A stretch of DNA of 37,557 nt from Planctomycetaceae bacterium (lineage in GTDB: Bacteria; Planctomycetota; Planctomycetia; Planctomycetales; Planctomycetaceae). Below the pieces are notes generated by a model. That model was not told where the DNA came from and searched no databases. It saw only the letters and a program-made list of their open reading frames with translations. Both the position numbers and the translations under genes were made by a program. The stretch is taken from the NCBI GenBank assembly GCA_035686985.1, contig DASRYX010000402.1, positions 1 to 37,557 on the forward strand, read 5' to 3'. This document shows positions 1 through 8,671 of this stretch, in pieces. How positions within the stretch are numbered: the stretch's first letter is position 1; the number at the start of each line of letters is the position of its first letter.

Positions 1-3000
1 GATTTCATCGCCGCCCGGCGACGCTGGCAACAACTGCTGGCGACGAATCCGTCCGCCAACGAAAACCTGGACTTGTCTCGGAGCGACATCGCCGCGCGGA
101 TCCTCCTGTGCGACATCATCAGCCAGCATCCCGTGGGAGTACCGGAAGCGCTCGCAAAGTTTGCGGAAGAATATCCCGACGACGAAGGCACACTCGCAGG
201 TCGTACCGACCGCTGGACGATCTTGTTGCGCGACCAGTGGGAGCAGGCGCGGCGCTGGCCGCCGCAACAGACATCGGACGATCTGACCACCTACGCCGGC
301 GACAGCACGCGGCAGCACATCGCCCCCCGGTCGATCGATGTCGGCGGCGAATTGTGGTCCGTTGCGTTGCCGAATCCGCGCTTGCCGACCGGACAGAAGA
401 ACGTGGTCTTCCCGCCACCGTTGCCGCTGGCATTTCATCCGGCGGTAGTCGACGACCTCGTCCTCATCAATGACGGCCGCCAGATTCACGCTTGGAATCT
501 GTACTCCGGCAAACCGTACTGGGACGCGAGCCGTGAGGACGGCGATGTCATTTATCCCGTCGTGGCGGATCCCTCGCCGATGATGCCGATTCGCCCCGTC
601 GTGGGACAGGCCCAATGGACGGTGACGGTGGCGAACGGCCGGGTTTACGCCCGCATGGGCTCCGCGGTGACCACGCCCGCGGCGACCGAATTCCGTGACC
701 TCCCCGCTGAGCTGGTTTGTCTCGATATCAGTCAGGGTGAAGGTCAACTGTTGTGGAAGCAGACCGCGGACGACCTCGCGCCGGCGGCCGGTGAGTTGCC
801 GGTCTGGCGCTGGGAAGGCACGCCGATCGTCGAAGGCGGGCGCGTGTATGCAGTGCTGTCACGCCGCCGCCCACAACTGGAATGGTCGATCGCGTGTCTC
901 GATGCCGAATCGGGGTTGATGCTGTGGCAGCGATCGATCGGCATCACCCGCCCGACGCCCCCCGACCACGAAAACCGGGCGAGCAGTCTGTTGCTGACCT
1001 CCGGCGGCGGGCAACTCTATCTCGCGACCGGATGGGGAGCCCTTGTCGCGGTCGATCCGCGCGACGGAACGGTGAACTGGGCGGTGACGTATGAAAGCAA
1101 TGCCGCCATCAATGGGTCGCTGGGCACGGTGCCGCTGCTGTATCACGACGGCCGGTTGTATGCGGTGTTGCTCGATGGCGATCGGCTGGCAAGTCTCGAT
1201 GCCACGACGGGCCGGTTTGTCTGGTCGCGTGATTTAGCGGAGCCCTATCGTGAAATCCTCGGGGTTGCACAGGGGCGACTGATTGTGTCCGGGCGCTCGT
1301 TATACGCCTTCGATGCGGAAACCAAAGAATTCTTGTGGAGCGTGCCCGGTAGCGAACCGGACGACTCGGGTTATGGTCGCGGTGCGCTCGCCGGTGATCA
1401 GGTGTTGTGGACCACGAAAGATGTGTTATGGTTCATCGATCAACGGGATGGCAGGATTTTGCGAGAGCACCCGCTGCAATCGGATCGTGCACCACGTGGC
1501 GGTGGAAATGTGGTGCTCAGTCACGATGTGCTGCTGATCGCCGGTGCGGATCGAGTAACGGCGTACGGTCAATACGCCCGCTTGCAGGAGCAGTTGCAGC
1601 AGCCACTCAGCGATCGCCGTCAGCAGCTTCGCCGTGATTTGAAACTCGCCGAGATTGCCTGGAGCACAGGGAAGACAGCCCGAGCGGAAGTGCTCTGGGA
1701 TCAGGTACGTCGCAATGCTGACAGTGGATCAACGCAAGAGCAACGCCGCGCATCGGCACGTGTCAGCTTGCTGCCGGGACGCCGTCCGCCGCGGGTCGCC
1801 GGCGCGAAGCCGTCGCGTATTGCCGTGACACCCGTGGGTGCGGTGACGAACACCCGATCGATCGAACCAAAGATCGCATCGATCCATTACTGGCGACGCG
1901 TGACGCATCGTCCTGTTGATGATGAAACTCACGCCCGGTTTCCCGCGACGATGCCGGGGGATCGCCCGCTCGGCGTCTTGTTTGACGACCGGACGCTGAG
2001 CTTGTGGGACATCACGAATGAGCGCGAACACGCACTCGCGCAGGCGACCGATCGAGTCGAGTGGGCCGGTCAATCCGCCGAGCGTCTGCTCGTGGTCACG
2101 ACGAACGAGATTCTGATTTTCGATCGTGACACGTTTCAACTCCGGTCGCGCCGACCCCGACGAGAGTCCACACCGGCCACTTGGCGGATTCATCCCCACG
2201 GTTTGCTGATGCTCGCGCCGCCGCACGAAATCGCCCTTTTGGATGTCGACACCGGGGAGTGGCGCTGGCGACGAACCGCTGAGTCCAATGGCTGGCAATC
2301 GCAGATCGGCTGGTCTGCGGACCGCTTGGCGGTTCATCCCCGCGGAGTCGGTGGAGCGGAAATCTGGGATATCGCCACCGGAGCCACGCTGCGACGCGAA
2401 CATCCCCGCACGGCTCCCTGGAAAATGACGCCGGTCTTTACGGGTTACGGCGACGATTATCTGACGGTGACCGAAGATGAGCGGCTTCAGGGCGTTTCCG
2501 TAGATACCGATCGACGCTGGGAGTATGCGGGCGTGCTCTCGCAGACGCACACGCCGCCGTGGGTGTTCCTCGATGGCGACGATGTCGTGGCGGTGATCGA
2601 CGGGACGCGACTCGTCCGGATTGCCCGCAGCTCCGGTTGGCCGCGCTGGTCCACTGTCATCGCCGATGTTCCGCTACGCGTTCCGTCGGAACAGATCGCC
2701 GTCATCGACAAGACCTGTTTCACCGCGGCAGCGGGTGTGCTCCGCGCGACCGATTTTCATGCGGGGAAGACGCGGTGGGTGACCCCGTCGCAAACGTCGC
2801 CATCAATGCCGATGCGTTCCTGGATCAGCGAGGACGCTGCGGTCGTTGCCGCGATTCCGTATCCCGTATCCTCAGCCGAGAATGAGACCCAGACGGCGAT
2901 CGACAGCGTGACGCTCTATTCGACCGCAACCGGCCGGCCCGTACAGACGCTCAAACTGCCGTCACCCACGGCCCGGCTCGATCTTGCCGACATCACGCCC

Positions 3001-3051
3001 CGACGAACCGCGATCCTGACTGATCGTGATCTCATCATTTACGAGCACTGA
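1..3051 (+). CDS. PQQ-like (BamB-type) beta-propeller repeat protein, 5'-partial; the TTG at 73 in the ORF track is probably internal
   Basis: Frame 1 is open from base 1 to the TGA at 3049-3051. Repeated blade motifs of the form h-D-x-x-[ST]G-x-x-x-W (AWNLYSGKPYW, CLDAESGLMLWQ, VAVDPRDGTVNWA, SLDATTGRFVWS, YAFDAETKEFLWS, WFIDQRDGRIL). Helical N-terminal segment. Confidence 0.7.
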   Translation, partial: DFIAARRRWQQLLATNPSANENLDLSRSDIAARILLCDIISQHPVGVPEALAKFAEEYPDDEGTLAGRTDRWTILLRDQWEQARRWPPQQTSDDLTTYAGDSTRQHIAPRSIDVGGELWSVALPNPRLPTGQKNVVFPPPLPLAFHPAVVDDLVLINDGRQIHAWNLYSGKPYWDASREDGDVIYPVVADPSPMMPIRPVVGQAQWTVTVANGRVYARMGSAVTTPAATEFRDLPAELVCLDISQGEGQLLWKQTADDLAPAAGELPVWRWEGTPIVEGGRVYAVLSRRRPQLEWSIACLDAESGLMLWQRSIGITRPTPPDHENRASSLLLTSGGGQLYLATGWGALVAVDPRDGTVNWAVTYESNAAINGSLGTVPLLYHDGRLYAVLLDGDRLASLDATTGRFVWSRDLAEPYREILGVAQGRLIVSGRSLYAFDAETKEFLWSVPGSEPDDSGYGRGALAGDQVLWTTKDVLWFIDQRDGRILREHPLQSDRAPRGGGNVVLSHDVLLIAGADRVTAYGQYARLQEQLQQPLSDRRQQLRRDLKLAEIAWSTGKTARAEVLWDQVRRNADSGSTQEQRRASARVSLLPGRRPPRVAGAKPSRIAVTPVGAVTNTRSIEPKIASIHYWRRVTHRPVDDETHARFPATMPGDRPLGVLFDDRTLSLWDITNEREHALAQATDRVEWAGQSAERLLVVTTNEILIFDRDTFQLRSRRPRRESTPATWRIHPHGLLMLAPPHEIALLDVDTGEWRWRRTAESNGWQSQIGWSADRLAVHPRGVGGAEIWDIATGATLRREHPRTAPWKMTPVFTGYGDDYLTVTEDERLQGVSVDTDRRWEYAGVLSQTHTPPWVFLDGDDVVAVIDGTRLVRIARSSGWPRWSTVIADVPLRVPSEQIAVIDKTCFTAAAGVLRATDFHAGKTRWVTPSQTSPSMPMRSWISEDAAVVAAIPYPVSSAENETQTAIDSVTLYSTATGRPVQTLKLPSPTARLDLADITPRRTAILTDRDLIIYEH

Positions 3052-3076
3052 CTTGTAACAGGCCGCGGTTCAGAAA

Positions 3077-3145
3077 TAGGGTCCGCTGTGCGGACCATGA
3101 TGAACTGTGAACCGTGAATCAAGATGGCCCGCACAGCGGACCCTG
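3077..3145. repeat. REPIN-like inverted repeat doublet, copy 1 (decayed ends)
   Basis: Left arm TAGGGTCCGCTGTGCGGACC (3077-3096), 29-nt spacer, right arm GGCCCGCACAGCGGACCCTG (3126-3145), which is the reverse complement with 2 mismatches. Each arm contains the 7-bp/3-nt-loop mini-hairpin GGTCCGC-TGT-GCGGACC. Lies 26 nt after the stop of the upstream CDS. Confidence 0.85.
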
Positions 3146-3243
3146 CGCGATTGTGCAAAACCATGCCGTGGTCCCTCTCAGCCCCTCGGATTTGTCATTT
3201 TTGCCGCTGAAATCGTCTTTCGGCAAAACATGCAGAAGACGCA

Positions 3244-3271
3244 TTGACATTCGGCAGCCTTTGCAGATAAC
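3244..3271 (+). promoter_or_regulatory. Candidate sigma70-type promoter (TTGACA-N16-GATAAC)
   Basis: TTGACA at 3244-3249 and GATAAC at 3266-3271, in a 517-bp non-coding gap about 300 nt upstream of the TPR gene ATG. Consensus match only; planctomycete promoter rules are poorly known. Confidence 0.3.
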
Positions 3272-3568
3272 ACTCCGCCCACACTCCCGTTCACAAAACA
3301 ATTCGATCTTGCTCGTCCCGCACGACTCGCGTCGCAGCGGAACAACACCCGCGACATCTCCCCGTCGCCGGTCGCGTTTCTCTGTCACCTTGGCGTGAGG
3401 ACGATGGTTGCAGTCTCCCGCAACGCGTGAGCGTTCTCGCTCGCCGCCTTGCTGGTGACTCCAGTCATCGTGCCTTTCGGCTGGTTCTCCAATCCAATCT
3501 TTCATCACGTCTCCAGAAAATCGCACAGGTGCGACGCGATCGCGTCACGCCCTGAGGATCGTCGCGTC

Positions 3569-6100
3569 ATGTCGTCATCCCCGGAAAAATCGACTGCTGC
3601 TCACGGCGCGAAAGCGACCGGGGACGCCGCGCCGAAGGCCGGGATGTCGCGCCGGATGCTGCTGATCGGCGGCGTGTTGTCGGTGGTCGTGCTGCTGGGC
3701 AGCGGTGCCGTGTGGATGCTGAGCGGTCCGCCCGCAGCGACTCCGGAAGAAGAATTCGTCGAAGCGCTCCAGAAGCTTGATGCGAAGGATCTCGAGACGG
3801 CTCGCGACATCGCCAAGCGTCTGCAGGATCTGCAGTTTCATCCGGAAGAGTTTGCGAACGGCGTCGCCTACATCCTCGGAATGGCCGCCTATCAGGAAGC
3901 GGAAGCCGACACCGACCCGGTCTCGGAAACCCGTGCTACGCAGTACACCGTCGCGGCGAGTTTCCTGCGGGAAGCCGGCCAGGCCGACATTCCCGAAGAA
4001 CGTAAGCCGGAATGGAGCTTCGCACTCGGCAAAAGTCTGCTGGCCGGCGGCGAACTCAGCGCGGCCCGTCCCCTGCTGGAAGATGCGTACGAACATCATC
4101 CGACACAGAAGGCCGCGGCGGCGAAGCTGGTTGCCGACCTGTATCTCAATCCGAGCTGGCGTTCCCCTGAACTGCTCGAAAAAGCACTGGTGTTGAACAA
4201 CGCCGCACAACAGGGAACGACGGAAGCCGCGGAACTCGATTTCATCCTGCTGCAGCGAGCGGACATTCTGCTCGCCCTCGGCAAGACGACCGAAGCCGAA
4301 GCCTCGCTTTCCGAGGTCAAAGCGACGGATGTGACACGGTTCGGCTCGATCGTCCTCAAGGGCCGCATGTTGATGCGGGACAACCGCCACGCTGAGGCGA
4401 TCGAAGTTCTGAAGCCGGTCGGTGAATCGACGGAGACCGAATCGATCTACCCGCGGCAGGCGATGTTCCTGATGGGTTACGCCGCCGACATGCTGATTCA
4501 TCAGGGCTCGGTTGCCGACGCCGTGTCGGATCCGCGGCGACTCGAATTCCGCCAGGCCGCGAATGAGTACTTCCAGAAATCGATTGATCGCTTCCCGCTC
4601 TCCGACGAAGGCTTCGCCGCCCAGGTGATGCTCGCCCGGTTGCAGCAGGAAGACGGTGCCCATGAAAAGTCGCTGCGAACCTTCGGCACGGTGCTGCGGG
4701 CGATCAAGCGGGCGGAAGACTTCCACAACCGCTGGATGAGCGTCGAACAATTTCGTCAGCGCACGCTCGCCGCGTGGAATGAGTGGACCCGCCAGGGCCG
4801 CTATCCCGAAGCGATCGCTCTCGCCGAGATGATGATTCCGCTCTTCTCGCGGGACCAGGCGAACGAACTGACCGCCCGTGTGCGTCAACGGGCTGCGGAA
4901 GCTCTCTCCGATGAACTCACACAAGAGCCCTACGGTGAACGGAAGCGTCGCCGTGCGGAAGAGCAGAAGCGCTGGAACGACAGCGGCAAAGCCTTTGCAG
5001 ACCTCGCGGATTCACGGCGGAACGCGGTCAACTTTGCCGCCGCCCTGTGGACGAGTGCCGAGCACTATGCCCGCGGCCATGACTTCACCCGGGCGCTGGC
5101 GAAGTACGACGAGTTCCTCGAACTGGGCATCGCGATTGAGCCGGAGCGCCCGGTGGCGATGGTGCGACGCTGTCAGATGCTGCTGGATCTCGACCGTCCG
5201 CAAGAAGCCCTGGAACAGCTCGACGACCTGCTGCGGACGATGCCCACGAGTCCGTACATTTTCTCCGCACAATGGCTGCGGGGTCAGTGTCTGCTCGAAC
5301 TTGATCATCGTGATGAAGCCGAAGCCGCGTGGCGGACGATGCTCGCGTCTAACGGACTCACCCCCGCGGCGACGGAATGGCGGGATGCATTGCACTCGCT
5401 TGCCAAGCTGCTGACCGACACCGCAGCCCTCGACAAACGCCGGGCTTCAAGCAGCAACGACAGTGAACCCGTTGATCAGGACGCCCTCTGGAACGCGGTT
5501 GCCTTGCGGTCACAGGAAGCGATCCGCCGTTGGGAAGAGTTCCTGAACCGTTATCCGACATCGTCGCAGGTTGCTGAAGCCCGTTACTACTTCGGCAAGG
5601 CGCTACACCTGCAGGCCGACTGGATCGACCGCCAATCGCGAGCCGCGGAAACGGACAATGCCCGGCAGCAGACCCGCAAGCAATACGAACGGACGCTCGA
5701 ACGGGCCATGAACGCGTTCCTGGAAGTCCGCGATGAGCTGACACCGCTCGCGCAGAAGGACGGGCTCAACGATCTCGACGCACAAATCCTGCAAAGCGCG
5801 TGGTTCGAACTGCCGCACGCTCAGCATCAGCTCGGCCGTTACGAAGAAGCCATCGCGTCCTACACCGCCGCGGCGAATCGTTACCCGCAAGACGTTCGCG
5901 TCCTGACCGCTTACGTGCAGATGGCCCAAGCCTACTCGCAGATCGGTAAGCCAATCGAGTCTCGCAGCGTGCTGGAACAGGCCAAGGTCATCATGGATCA
6001 ACAGCAGATTCCTGCGGCTGCGTTCACCGCACCGACGACGAATCTCACTCGTGAAGAGTGGGAACTGTGGCTCGACCGCGTCCGCCAGGTGCAGCAGTAA
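3569..6100 (+). CDS. Membrane-anchored tetratricopeptide-repeat (TPR) protein, 843 aa
   Basis: ATG at 3569 (in frame with the ORF-track TTG at 3449) is preceded by GAGGA. N-terminus has a Lys/Arg-rich stretch then a TM helix (RRMLLIGGVLSVVVLLGSGAVWML), implying N-in topology. The rest is helical-repeat sequence with TPR-like units (e.g. YEEAIASYTAAANRYPQDVRVLTAYVQMAQAYSQIGK). Confidence 0.7.
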   Translation: MSSSPEKSTAAHGAKATGDAAPKAGMSRRMLLIGGVLSVVVLLGSGAVWMLSGPPAATPEEEFVEALQKLDAKDLETARDIAKRLQDLQFHPEEFANGVAYILGMAAYQEAEADTDPVSETRATQYTVAASFLREAGQADIPEERKPEWSFALGKSLLAGGELSAARPLLEDAYEHHPTQKAAAAKLVADLYLNPSWRSPELLEKALVLNNAAQQGTTEAAELDFILLQRADILLALGKTTEAEASLSEVKATDVTRFGSIVLKGRMLMRDNRHAEAIEVLKPVGESTETESIYPRQAMFLMGYAADMLIHQGSVADAVSDPRRLEFRQAANEYFQKSIDRFPLSDEGFAAQVMLARLQQEDGAHEKSLRTFGTVLRAIKRAEDFHNRWMSVEQFRQRTLAAWNEWTRQGRYPEAIALAEMMIPLFSRDQANELTARVRQRAAEALSDELTQEPYGERKRRRAEEQKRWNDSGKAFADLADSRRNAVNFAAALWTSAEHYARGHDFTRALAKYDEFLELGIAIEPERPVAMVRRCQMLLDLDRPQEALEQLDDLLRTMPTSPYIFSAQWLRGQCLLELDHRDEAEAAWRTMLASNGLTPAATEWRDALHSLAKLLTDTAALDKRRASSSNDSEPVDQDALWNAVALRSQEAIRRWEEFLNRYPTSSQVAEARYYFGKALHLQADWIDRQSRAAETDNARQQTRKQYERTLERAMNAFLEVRDELTPLAQKDGLNDLDAQILQSAWFELPHAQHQLGRYEEAIASYTAAANRYPQDVRVLTAYVQMAQAYSQIGKPIESRSVLEQAKVIMDQQQIPAAAFTAPTTNLTREEWELWLDRVRQVQQ

Positions 6101-6126
6101 CTTTCGAACAAAGAAGTCCTGAAGAC

Positions 6127-6576
6127 ATGAACTCGGCAGCGCTCACCATCGACGACTACCTCACCGCGTTTCGCGCGCGGCGGGAAGTCTGTCGGGCGCT
6201 GCTGGAACTGTCGCGAGAACAACAGCAATTGATCGACGCCGACGATTACGACGAGCTCGTCACGGTCCTGCAGATGAAGCAAAACCTTGTCGATGAGCTC
6301 CTTGGCGGCGTCGATGCACCGTGGAAGATGTGGAAGCAACAGCGTGCGGGCTTGCCGGTTGCCGGTCAACACGCGGGTGACGTGTTGCTCGCAGAAACCG
6401 AATCGCTGCTGCTCGCGCTGCTTGATGAAGAACAGATCGGCGTCTCGCGGTTGATGACCCGCCGCGACGTCACCGAACGCGAACTCACTCAGATCACTTC
6501 GGCTCAGCAAATTCAGTCAGCCTATCACTCCACGACGGTCAGCGGATCGCAGTGGGGATTGGACGTCAACTTGTGA
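6127..6576 (+). CDS. FlgN-like flagellar export chaperone family protein (tentative)
   Basis: ATG at 6127, in frame with the ORF-track start at 6058. The 149-aa helical protein has the FlgN-like N-terminal pattern (CRALLELSREQQQLIDADDYDELVTVLQMKQNLVDELL). Sits directly upstream of flagellar genes. Similarity judged by eye only. Confidence 0.4.
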   Translation: MNSAALTIDDYLTAFRARREVCRALLELSREQQQLIDADDYDELVTVLQMKQNLVDELLGGVDAPWKMWKQQRAGLPVAGQHAGDVLLAETESLLLALLDEEQIGVSRLMTRRDVTERELTQITSAQQIQSAYHSTTVSGSQWGLDVNL

Positions 6577-6593
6577 CCGGATCTTTTCGGTCA
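6574..6593 (+). terminator. Weak stem-loop overlapping the stop codon of the FlgN-like gene; possible attenuator/terminator
   Basis: TGACCG (6574-6579) / CGGTCA (6588-6593) with an 8-nt loop, followed by a pyrimidine/T-rich tract (tcccttcgtgtttcgtttccttgtcctt). Confidence 0.25.
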
Positions 6594-6633
6594 TCCCTTC
6601 GTGTTTCGTTTCCTTGTCCTTAGCACAGTAAGA

Positions 6634-8133
6634 ATGGTGCCCCGCATGACTCAGGCGCATCCAGACATCATTCCGTTTCCCGGTCGACCCGCGGTTGCTC
6701 CCGTGGTGGCGATGGTGGAAGCTCCGCCGCCGGTACTGATCGTCAGTGCGGACGGCCCGTTGACCCAGCAGTTGTCGACGGACCTGCGCTCCGCCGGGTT
6801 CACCGTGCAGACGGCGGACACCGTGGACGCGGCGTTGCAGTCGATGCTGACCGCGACTCCCGAAGTGTGCCTGGTCGGACCTCTGTCTGATGGGCAGACC
6901 GCGGGCCAACTCGCCAGCACGATTCAACAACGCGGCTGGGCGACGCAGCTCATCTGCACCGCGACCGACCCGGTGAGCGATGTGCCGTCGCTGCTGTCGT
7001 CGACGATCGGCATCGAACTGCTCGCGGTTCCCTACGCCGCGAATTATCTGTGCCTGACGGTGACCGCCGCGTGTCAGCGTTCGCGTTCCCAGAACGAGAT
7101 CAAGCGGTTGCGTCGCCAGCTGTGCAATCGCAACCTGCGGGACATGGTCGGTCAGAGCCCGGCGATGCAGCAGTTGCGACAATCGGTCCAGCAGATGGCC
7201 GATCACAATGCCGCGGTGTTGCTTGTCGGTGAAGCCGGCAGCGGCATCGAGCTGGTGGCCCAGGGAATTCACGACGCTAGCCGCCGGGCTCACCGTCCGT
7301 TCGTCACGATCGACTGCAGCGTCCACTCGGCGGAAACGCTTGAGCAGGAACTGTTCGGCATCGCGGCTTCGGGTGGCAGCCCGCGGCAACCTGGCCGGTT
7401 CGAACAGGCCGACGGCGGCACACTGTTGCTCGACAACGTGCACTGCATCGCCCTCCCGCTGCAACGCAAGCTGGCGGTTGTCCTCAAGGAACAGAAGTTC
7501 GAACACGATCGCACCGGCGATCGCGTGCGGATTGATGTTCGCGTCGCGTTCGGCACGTCGGTCGACCTCGATGAGCTGATCGCTCGCGGGTTGTTCCGGG
7601 CTGAATTGCAGCAGGAAGCGGCCCAGCACTGCGTGGATGTTCCCGCACTGCGGACCCGTCCGGAAGACATCGCGGCTCTCGCCGAGTATGCCCTGCGGAA
7701 AGTCGCCGCCCGGGAAGGTCTCGCTCCGCGCAGCCTGACGCTCGACGCGTTGCATCTGCTCCAGAGCTACCAATGGCCGGGCAATCTGCGGGAACTCGAA
7801 AGCGTGATCGAACGGGCCTGCATGATGGACAGCAGCCGCCGTCTCACCGCCGCCCAGCTCGAGCCGTGGATGACCGTCACCGCAAACGATGATGTCCCGT
7901 GCGGCCTGACGCTCCAGGAAATGGAACGCCGGCTGATCGAAACCACGTTTGCCCGCTTCGCCGGCAACCGTGAGAAGACCGCGAAGGCCCTGCAGATCGG
8001 AATTCGCACGCTCTCGGGCAAACTGCGGGATTACGGTTACCCGCCGCGCGGGGGCCCGGGGTCCAACGCCAAGCCGTGGGCTCCCACCGCTGTGGCGTTC
8101 GACGAGTCGGCCGTGGAACAACGGGCCGCGTAG
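6634..8133 (+). CDS. NtrC-family (sigma54-activator-like) transcriptional regulator with degenerate receiver and AAA+ motifs plus a Fis-type HTH
   Basis: Central domain matches bEBP signatures (MVGQSPAMQQL, GEAGSGIELVA, GRFEQADGGTLLLDNV, WPGNLRELESVIERA). C-terminal HTH is GNREKTAKALQIGIRTLSGKLRDYG. N-terminal CheY-like domain present. Start ambiguous: GTG 6601, ATG 6634 or ATG 6646. Confidence 0.85.
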   Translation: MVPRMTQAHPDIIPFPGRPAVAPVVAMVEAPPPVLIVSADGPLTQQLSTDLRSAGFTVQTADTVDAALQSMLTATPEVCLVGPLSDGQTAGQLASTIQQRGWATQLICTATDPVSDVPSLLSSTIGIELLAVPYAANYLCLTVTAACQRSRSQNEIKRLRRQLCNRNLRDMVGQSPAMQQLRQSVQQMADHNAAVLLVGEAGSGIELVAQGIHDASRRAHRPFVTIDCSVHSAETLEQELFGIAASGGSPRQPGRFEQADGGTLLLDNVHCIALPLQRKLAVVLKEQKFEHDRTGDRVRIDVRVAFGTSVDLDELIARGLFRAELQQEAAQHCVDVPALRTRPEDIAALAEYALRKVAAREGLAPRSLTLDALHLLQSYQWPGNLRELESVIERACMMDSSRRLTAAQLEPWMTVTANDDVPCGLTLQEMERRLIETTFARFAGNREKTAKALQIGIRTLSGKLRDYGYPPRGGPGSNAKPWAPTAVAFDESAVEQRAA

Positions 8134-8148
8134 TTGTCACGATCACCC

Positions 8149-8175
8149 GCCGGTCGGATGTGTTGTCCGACCGGC
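8149..8175 (+). other. 10-bp perfect stem-loop between the regulator gene and flgB
   Basis: GCCGGTCGGA (8149-8158) pairs with TCCGACCGGC (8166-8175) around a 7-nt loop TGTGTTG. No T-tract follows. Lies 20 nt upstream of the flgB ATG. Confidence 0.6.
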
Positions 8176-8194
8176 ATGGACTTGGGAGAAAGCG

Positions 8195-8665
8195 ATGCTC
8201 TCCGGATTGCTGGGCTCGACGAACACCACGCTGCTCAAGCAGGTCGCGCGGTTCACGGAACGGCGGCAGGAAGTGCTGGCGGGCAACATCGCCAACATCG
8301 ACACGCCGGGCTACCGTCTCCGCGAGATGCCGACGGCTGCGTTTCAGACGGCTCTGCAACGGGCGGTCGCGCAATCGCAAGCTCCCCATCAGGCCGCGCT
8401 GTCACCGGGACTGCAGTCGCCGCTGAGTCCTGGCCTCGGCATGGCGGAACCGCCGAAGCTCGAAGACCTGTTTCCGGATACGTTGTTCAAAGCGGTGACA
8501 CCGTCGGAGCAACCCGGCCTGACGTTCAACGACGCCAACAACCGCAGCGTAGAGCATCAGTTCCTCGAAATGACGAAAAACTCCCTGCGGCAACAATTCG
8601 CGATCCAGGTCCTGCAGGGGCAATACGATCAACTGCAAACCGCGATTTCCGAACGAGTCGGGTGA
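8195..8665 (+). CDS. flgB: Flagellar basal-body rod protein FlgB
   Basis: ATG at 8195 is preceded by GGGAGAA. N-terminus MLSGLLGSTNTTLLKQVARFTERRQEVLAGNIANIDTPGYR carries the rod-protein N-terminal signature (NIAN-x-x-TPGY). C-terminal helix ends ...LQGQYDQLQTAISE. Confidence 0.9.
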   Translation: MLSGLLGSTNTTLLKQVARFTERRQEVLAGNIANIDTPGYRLREMPTAAFQTALQRAVAQSQAPHQAALSPGLQSPLSPGLGMAEPPKLEDLFPDTLFKAVTPSEQPGLTFNDANNRSVEHQFLEMTKNSLRQQFAIQVLQGQYDQLQTAISERVG

Positions 8666-8671
8666 TAGGAG

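Noticed and set aside
3114-3526. 94-aa (+) and 135-aa (-) ORFs in the gap between the propeller and TPR genes.
   Set aside because: They are mutually overlapping on opposite strands, have no Shine-Dalgarno, and show odd composition. One starts inside the REPIN spacer. The region is treated as non-coding leader or intergenic sequence.
6517-8121. 534-aa ORF antisense to the NtrC-like regulator. Similar long antisense ORFs occur at 3575-4924(-), 9571-10518(-), 11405-12253(-), 11670-13037(-), 14464-15516(+), 27250-28113(+), 28031-29002(+), 30715-31737(+), 31762-33306(-), 33032-34390(-) and 35928-36683(+).
   Set aside because: These are typical GC-rich shadow ORFs. Each fully overlaps a gene with unmistakable family motifs on the other strand. 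Their translations are Arg/Gly/Pro/Ala-rich low-complexity sequence with no recognisable domains.
8134-8194. Sigma54 -24/-12 promoter (TGGCAC-N5-TTGC) upstream of flgB, expected from the adjacent activator homologue. TGGCAG motifs in 8678-8697 were also considered.
   Set aside because: GG and GC elements do not fall at the required 12-nt register in any candidate. The TGGCAG strings are part of the heptamer repeat. The activator itself lacks GAFTGA. A formal PWM scan is still needed.
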